Virus record (IMG/VR): IMGVR_UViG_3300037587_000069
Span: 1 to 43,249 of that record
Reading direction: 5' to 3' (one strand)
Source: a virus
Taxonomy: Duplodnaviria > Caudoviricetes
Length of the DNA: 43,249 bases
This document shows positions 39,286 through 43,249 of the stretch, piece by piece. How positions within the stretch are numbered: position 1 is the stretch's first letter; every line of letters begins with the position of its first letter. The notes under the pieces were generated by a model, which saw nothing but the letters and a program-made list of their open reading frames with translations, ran no database searches and had not been told where the DNA came from. Position numbers and translations under genes: made by a program.

Positions 39286-39624
39286 CTATTGCTCAAATAC
39301 GATATTGCATTTCTCATCAAGCTTCTTTTTGTGCGATTTACCAGGGTGCCATGCACCGTAGTAGATGTGCTTTACCTCATGGATAAACGTACACCAGTCA
39401 TTGTTCATATAGTGTATCGCGTTCCCTCTTTGGAATCCCCACACCGATGCTGCATCCGAGTCACCTTCTCGCCTCGTTGCGTTCAGCTCGTCAAGATCAT
39501 CATAGATGTGGGTAGCGATTAAATGCCTCGTCTTATCGGGCAGATGATCAGGCCCGGGGGCTGTGATCGAACAGCCGCTGAGCAGCACTGCTGCAAGCAG
39601 AATGCAGCTCAGCACCCGGATCAC
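39286..39624 (-). CDS. Putative lipoprotein with HExxH motif
   Basis: GTG 39624 with GAGG RBS; signal ending LLSGC; HEVKH. Confidence 0.65.
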   Translation of the reverse strand: MIRVLSCILLAAVLLSGCSITAPGPDHLPDKTRHLIATHIYDDLDELNATRREGDSDAASVWGFQRGNAIHYMNNDWCTFIHEVKHIYYGAWHPGKSHKKKLDEKCNIVFEQ

Positions 39625-39625
39625 T

Positions 39626-39955
39626 TCAGATAACCTCGACCGGCGCATAATGCCTCTGCACTGCGTTGATGTGGCTCTTGCAGAGGACGATAGGCTCATG
39701 CACCGCCCCAGACATCAGCGTCAGTACTTCCATCAGCACAATGGCGTCATCATCCTCCTGCGCTGCCTTCTGCTCTTCCGGCGTAGCTTCCGCATCGAGC
39801 ACGAAACCATCATCCCTGTAGGCGCACACAGACTCTGCGCAATGGCCTCGATATACTAGGTGGCTCTCACCCAGTGTGCCGGGATTGTCCCACCGTTCTG
39901 CTAGGTACTCAGGTACGTTGTCTTTGTGTGCAATTGTGTAATCAATGTCTGACAT
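39626..39955 (-). CDS. Acidic hypothetical protein
   Basis: Starts directly after the 543-aa gene. Confidence 0.65.
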   Translation of the reverse strand: MSDIDYTIAHKDNVPEYLAERWDNPGTLGESHLVYRGHCAESVCAYRDDGFVLDAEATPEEQKAAQEDDDAIVLMEVLTLMSGAVHEPIVLCKSHINAVQRHYAPVEVI

Positions 39956-39956
39956 G

Positions 39957-41588
39957 TTAGTTGCTCTCTAAGATTCGTTTGACGGATACGTTGTCCACGC
40001 TACCAATAAAGTTAAGATCGGCCCTCACACCTGTTGTAGTGCCTGCTGATAGTATCGTTTCGATGTAGGTACCAGCAACTGCACGATCTGTCCCTTCTGC
40101 GCTTCCAGCGATCGCTTTTATGTTGCCAGCAGTTACAGGGTCGGCGGTATATTGGTGTCTGTAAGTTAGGCCTGGGATAGTCAGCGCCTGTGATAGGTCT
40201 GAGTCTGCAACCTGAGTACCGTCGCTGCTAGCAACACCTGCTGCAATCGTCCACCCTGCTCCCTTAGTCCAGCCTGTATCAGCATCAAACCCACCATTGA
40301 CTACAAGCCCACCGGCCAACCAATCCGCCCCAACCAGCGTGAACTGCTCCCAGTCTCCTGCTACTACGAAAGAGAATGTCAGCACCTCTCCCCCGCCTCT
40401 TGCACTAGCTTCGCTGACAGTGCTGCCGCTGTCCAGCCGCCATAGGATGTTAACGGGGATGGTGTAGTTGGAGTCTGCAATGGTGGTCACTGGCCCAACC
40501 CAGCTCCCCGTGTCTCTGTCCCGCGTCATAGTTTCCCAGTCGGAGGAGACTACGTTGTTCAGGGTGAGGTCGTCAGTGCCTGCGTCATAGTCATTGACGA
40601 TGGTGGTGTTACTCTCCACATCCATCCGGTAGCGTCTGCTATTAGAGGGAGTGGTTAGGTCGTGGAGCTTAACGTCTAGTAGTGCACCGGAGAGATGATC
40701 TGTACCATCATGCTTACTGCCAATAAATACAGGGTTAGCGGAGGCACCCGTTTGTGTAAGTCCCACCTTAACAGTATGCATCTCACCGTCTGTTGGGGCG
40801 GTCGTTGATACAATACCATCCACTTCTATAGCGACAGCAGACCATGTGCACCCACCTAAGCCCTGGGCTACTATTACCCCATCAGATCTATAGGTAATCA
40901 GTCCGCCGTTCGTGCCCCCTGTCCTGGAATCATACAGGCCCTGCGTTGCGCCTGTGTCAGCAGCATCCGTCTCGAACTCAAACACTAGGTCGCTACCACT
41001 AGTAGGATTGAACGCAGTAGTACCCCCAAAGCTGGTAGTCCCATCCAGCGTCAGCACATCCCTTGTATCAGGCTGATCGAGGTCGATGATCTCTAGGTCG
41101 GAGATTACGTTGTCGAAGTAGCTGCCTCCGTTGTTTTGGCCGACTTGATCAAGGATGAAATCTCCTGGAAGTTGCTTCGTAGTTCCTTGCTGTACGCCGT
41201 CGATATGAGCAGTAACGTCATACCCAGATCGAACGATCTCGAATGACAACAATTTGTTTTGTGTCACGCTACCGAAACCCGTATCGGCGGTGGAACCAAT
41301 GCGAAGAACCAGATCGCCAGAAGCATTAAACCCTATGAGGTGACTCGCTGAACCAGCTACAGCCTGTACAAGGAGAACACGAAAAGCCGCTGTGCTACTG
41401 GCAATAGCCTTAAACTTAATCTTAAAGTCACCCTTTAGCGTGACTTCGGGAAACGCCCCTTCCGTCGTCGTACCATCAGCGGTGAAGAACAAGCGACGGA
41501 GTAACCCGACGAGAGGTTTGAGTGAAGATCCACGAAACGAGGAGCGAACAAGAGAGGGTGTGATCAGGCTGGCATCAGTCATGGTCAA
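39957..41588 (-). CDS. LamG / lectin-like multi-domain protein (putative adhesin or fibre)
   Basis: AHIDG...FDNVISDLEI and EVDG...IGS...LSGALLDVKL repeats; LVVNGGFDADTGW CBM-like tail. Confidence 0.65.
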   Translation of the reverse strand: MTMTDASLITPSLVRSSFRGSSLKPLVGLLRRLFFTADGTTTEGAFPEVTLKGDFKIKFKAIASSTAAFRVLLVQAVAGSASHLIGFNASGDLVLRIGSTADTGFGSVTQNKLLSFEIVRSGYDVTAHIDGVQQGTTKQLPGDFILDQVGQNNGGSYFDNVISDLEIIDLDQPDTRDVLTLDGTTSFGGTTAFNPTSGSDLVFEFETDAADTGATQGLYDSRTGGTNGGLITYRSDGVIVAQGLGGCTWSAVAIEVDGIVSTTAPTDGEMHTVKVGLTQTGASANPVFIGSKHDGTDHLSGALLDVKLHDLTTPSNSRRYRMDVESNTTIVNDYDAGTDDLTLNNVVSSDWETMTRDRDTGSWVGPVTTIADSNYTIPVNILWRLDSGSTVSEASARGGGEVLTFSFVVAGDWEQFTLVGADWLAGGLVVNGGFDADTGWTKGAGWTIAAGVASSDGTQVADSDLSQALTIPGLTYRHQYTADPVTAGNIKAIAGSAEGTDRAVAGTYIETILSAGTTTGVRADLNFIGSVDNVSVKRILESN

Positions 41589-41629
41589 TCAGAGTCCCGT
41601 TTGATCAGTAATTACTCGATGATAGCATA

Positions 41630-43186
41630 TCACAAGTCATCATCCATCGCGTCAAGCGGATTATAGTCACCGTTGTCACGATCACGCATACCAACCAACC
41701 TGTCGAGGTGACCACGCGGGGTGTGACGCTTCGGCACCGCTTGAGCAAATGTCAGGTACAGTGAGTCAGCCCAGTCCGGTGACACACCGAGTCGCTTCTT
41801 GATGTATTTCTTGCGCTCAAGCACCAGTTGATCTTTGTCGTTGTGACCGAACTCACGTGATGTCAACTCAGTCTCAAGCTGCGGATCATCAGGTATCGAC
41901 CCGCCGGCCATCATCCACTCACGACATCTGGCGCCCATCTCAGCGGTTTTGTTGGAGTACAGCCGTTCATCGTCAGCCTTATGACCGAACCCGACATCGA
42001 TGCAGTGATACCCCAGCTGCCGCAGCCGGTCACCGATAGGACCGCCCATACTGCCGACATCGAGGAACGTGACATCGGGCTTGTGTCGATCAAGGATCAT
42101 GGTGAGCAGCGACACGACCTTCATGCTGTCACGCGACTTCTCACCAGGGATGCGATACACCTTCTCACTCTTGGCATCCTTGCCGCGCCTGAAGCTGATC
42201 ATGCAGTTGTCGTCACCGCCGCGTGCAATGTCGACACCACAGATCAGCGGATCATCACCGAGGTATATGCCTGACCCACGCTTCTGTGCAGCGAACACCA
42301 CATCCGACGGCATGAATTGCATGTCACCGCCTTTCGGGAACTGACCCAGCACACGCACTCTAACCCGGTCACTATCTTCACCGTAGTCGTCAGTGATCTC
42401 TTTGATGTATGCCTTGTTGGTCATCTTAGCGGTGCGACTGTCGACCTGTCGTGTGATCCAACGGTGCGACTGCCGGCGGAAGCATTCAAAGAAGCTGCCG
42501 TTGTTCCTGGTTGGGTTGCCGAACGCAAAGTGCATCGGCTCACCATCCGTCAATCCTCCTGACGCCACTTCCCATATCTTCTCAGGGATGGCTGATGCTT
42601 CATCGAACAGGTACCAGGGTGTCGAGTCAGCACAATGCAGGCCAGCGAATGACTCAGACGCCTCTTCCCGCGACGTCAGACCATCCACACGCCACGTTTG
42701 AGGGTATGCCCTGTGACTAATCGACATTGAGTTGACTTCGAACCAGTGAGCCGTGATGCAGCGCTTGTGCCACTTCGCCAGCTCCGACATCGTCTTGGTC
42801 TTCAGCTGCTCACCCGTGTTGGCTGTCACCACACCTTTACTGTTTGGCCGGGTGCTCATCACCCACATGATCAACCAGGCAGAAAGGGCACTTTTGCCTA
42901 TGCCGTGACCTGACGACACAGCAACACGAATCGGGCTGACAGGGGTGACACCGTTGAACTTCCGCTCAGTGACCGCATCGCCGACAGCAGTGAGTATGTC
43001 GATCTGCCACTCATCAGGGCCATCGAAGCCTTTCAGGTCACCCTCACCCCAATCGAACGCATAGCGAACGAACCCAAGCGGGTCAGCGTAGAAACGTGAG
43101 ATGTCATCGGCCAGCATCAGATCAACATCATCTGATTGGAAGAACTCGTTGCTGGCTTCAGCTGTGGCTTGGTGCAGGGTTGTCAT
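41630..43186 (-). CDS. terL: Terminase large subunit
   Basis: SGHGIGKS, FDEAS, FGNPT, VRVLGQFP, GVDIARGGDD, SPDWAD. Confidence 0.95.
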   Translation of the reverse strand: MTTLHQATAEASNEFFQSDDVDLMLADDISRFYADPLGFVRYAFDWGEGDLKGFDGPDEWQIDILTAVGDAVTERKFNGVTPVSPIRVAVSSGHGIGKSALSAWLIMWVMSTRPNSKGVVTANTGEQLKTKTMSELAKWHKRCITAHWFEVNSMSISHRAYPQTWRVDGLTSREEASESFAGLHCADSTPWYLFDEASAIPEKIWEVASGGLTDGEPMHFAFGNPTRNNGSFFECFRRQSHRWITRQVDSRTAKMTNKAYIKEITDDYGEDSDRVRVRVLGQFPKGGDMQFMPSDVVFAAQKRGSGIYLGDDPLICGVDIARGGDDNCMISFRRGKDAKSEKVYRIPGEKSRDSMKVVSLLTMILDRHKPDVTFLDVGSMGGPIGDRLRQLGYHCIDVGFGHKADDERLYSNKTAEMGARCREWMMAGGSIPDDPQLETELTSREFGHNDKDQLVLERKKYIKKRLGVSPDWADSLYLTFAQAVPKRHTPRGHLDRLVGMRDRDNGDYNPLDAMDDDL

Positions 43187-43249
43187 CGCGTCACCGACTG
43201 TCACAGTAACTGGGATACCTGATCGGTCGGGACAGCAATCGATGGTGAC

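Overview
The window is most or all of a tailed dsDNA phage genome with a BPP-1/APSE-like podovirus virion module; the host is probably a proteobacterium (inference from sigma70-type promoters). All family assignments come from recognising motifs by eye, not from database searches. Minus strand 1-7614: many small, often Cys-rich accessory genes and a primase-helicase. Plus strand 7905-16735: RHH-like regulator, DUF2800 nuclease, DUF2815 SSB, family-B DNA polymerase, dUTPase, VRR-NUC and SNF2 helicase. Minus strand 16732-43186: terminase, an inserted accessory block, portal, scaffold, capsid, tail tube, ejection proteins, tailspike and lysis genes. No integrase, CI-type repressor, terminase small subunit, CRISPR array or reverse transcriptase was seen. 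Highlights: (1) a ~137-nt tRNA-like, pseudoknotted RNA element followed by a 25-aa hydrophobic ORF directly upstream of the polymerase; (2) a 19-bp palindromic operator-like motif within five promoters, plus a half-site in a sixth; (3) a 2272-aa ejection protein with two tandem ADP-ribosyltransferase-like domains and a zincin motif, alongside a stand-alone NAD-ligase domain Ia gene.
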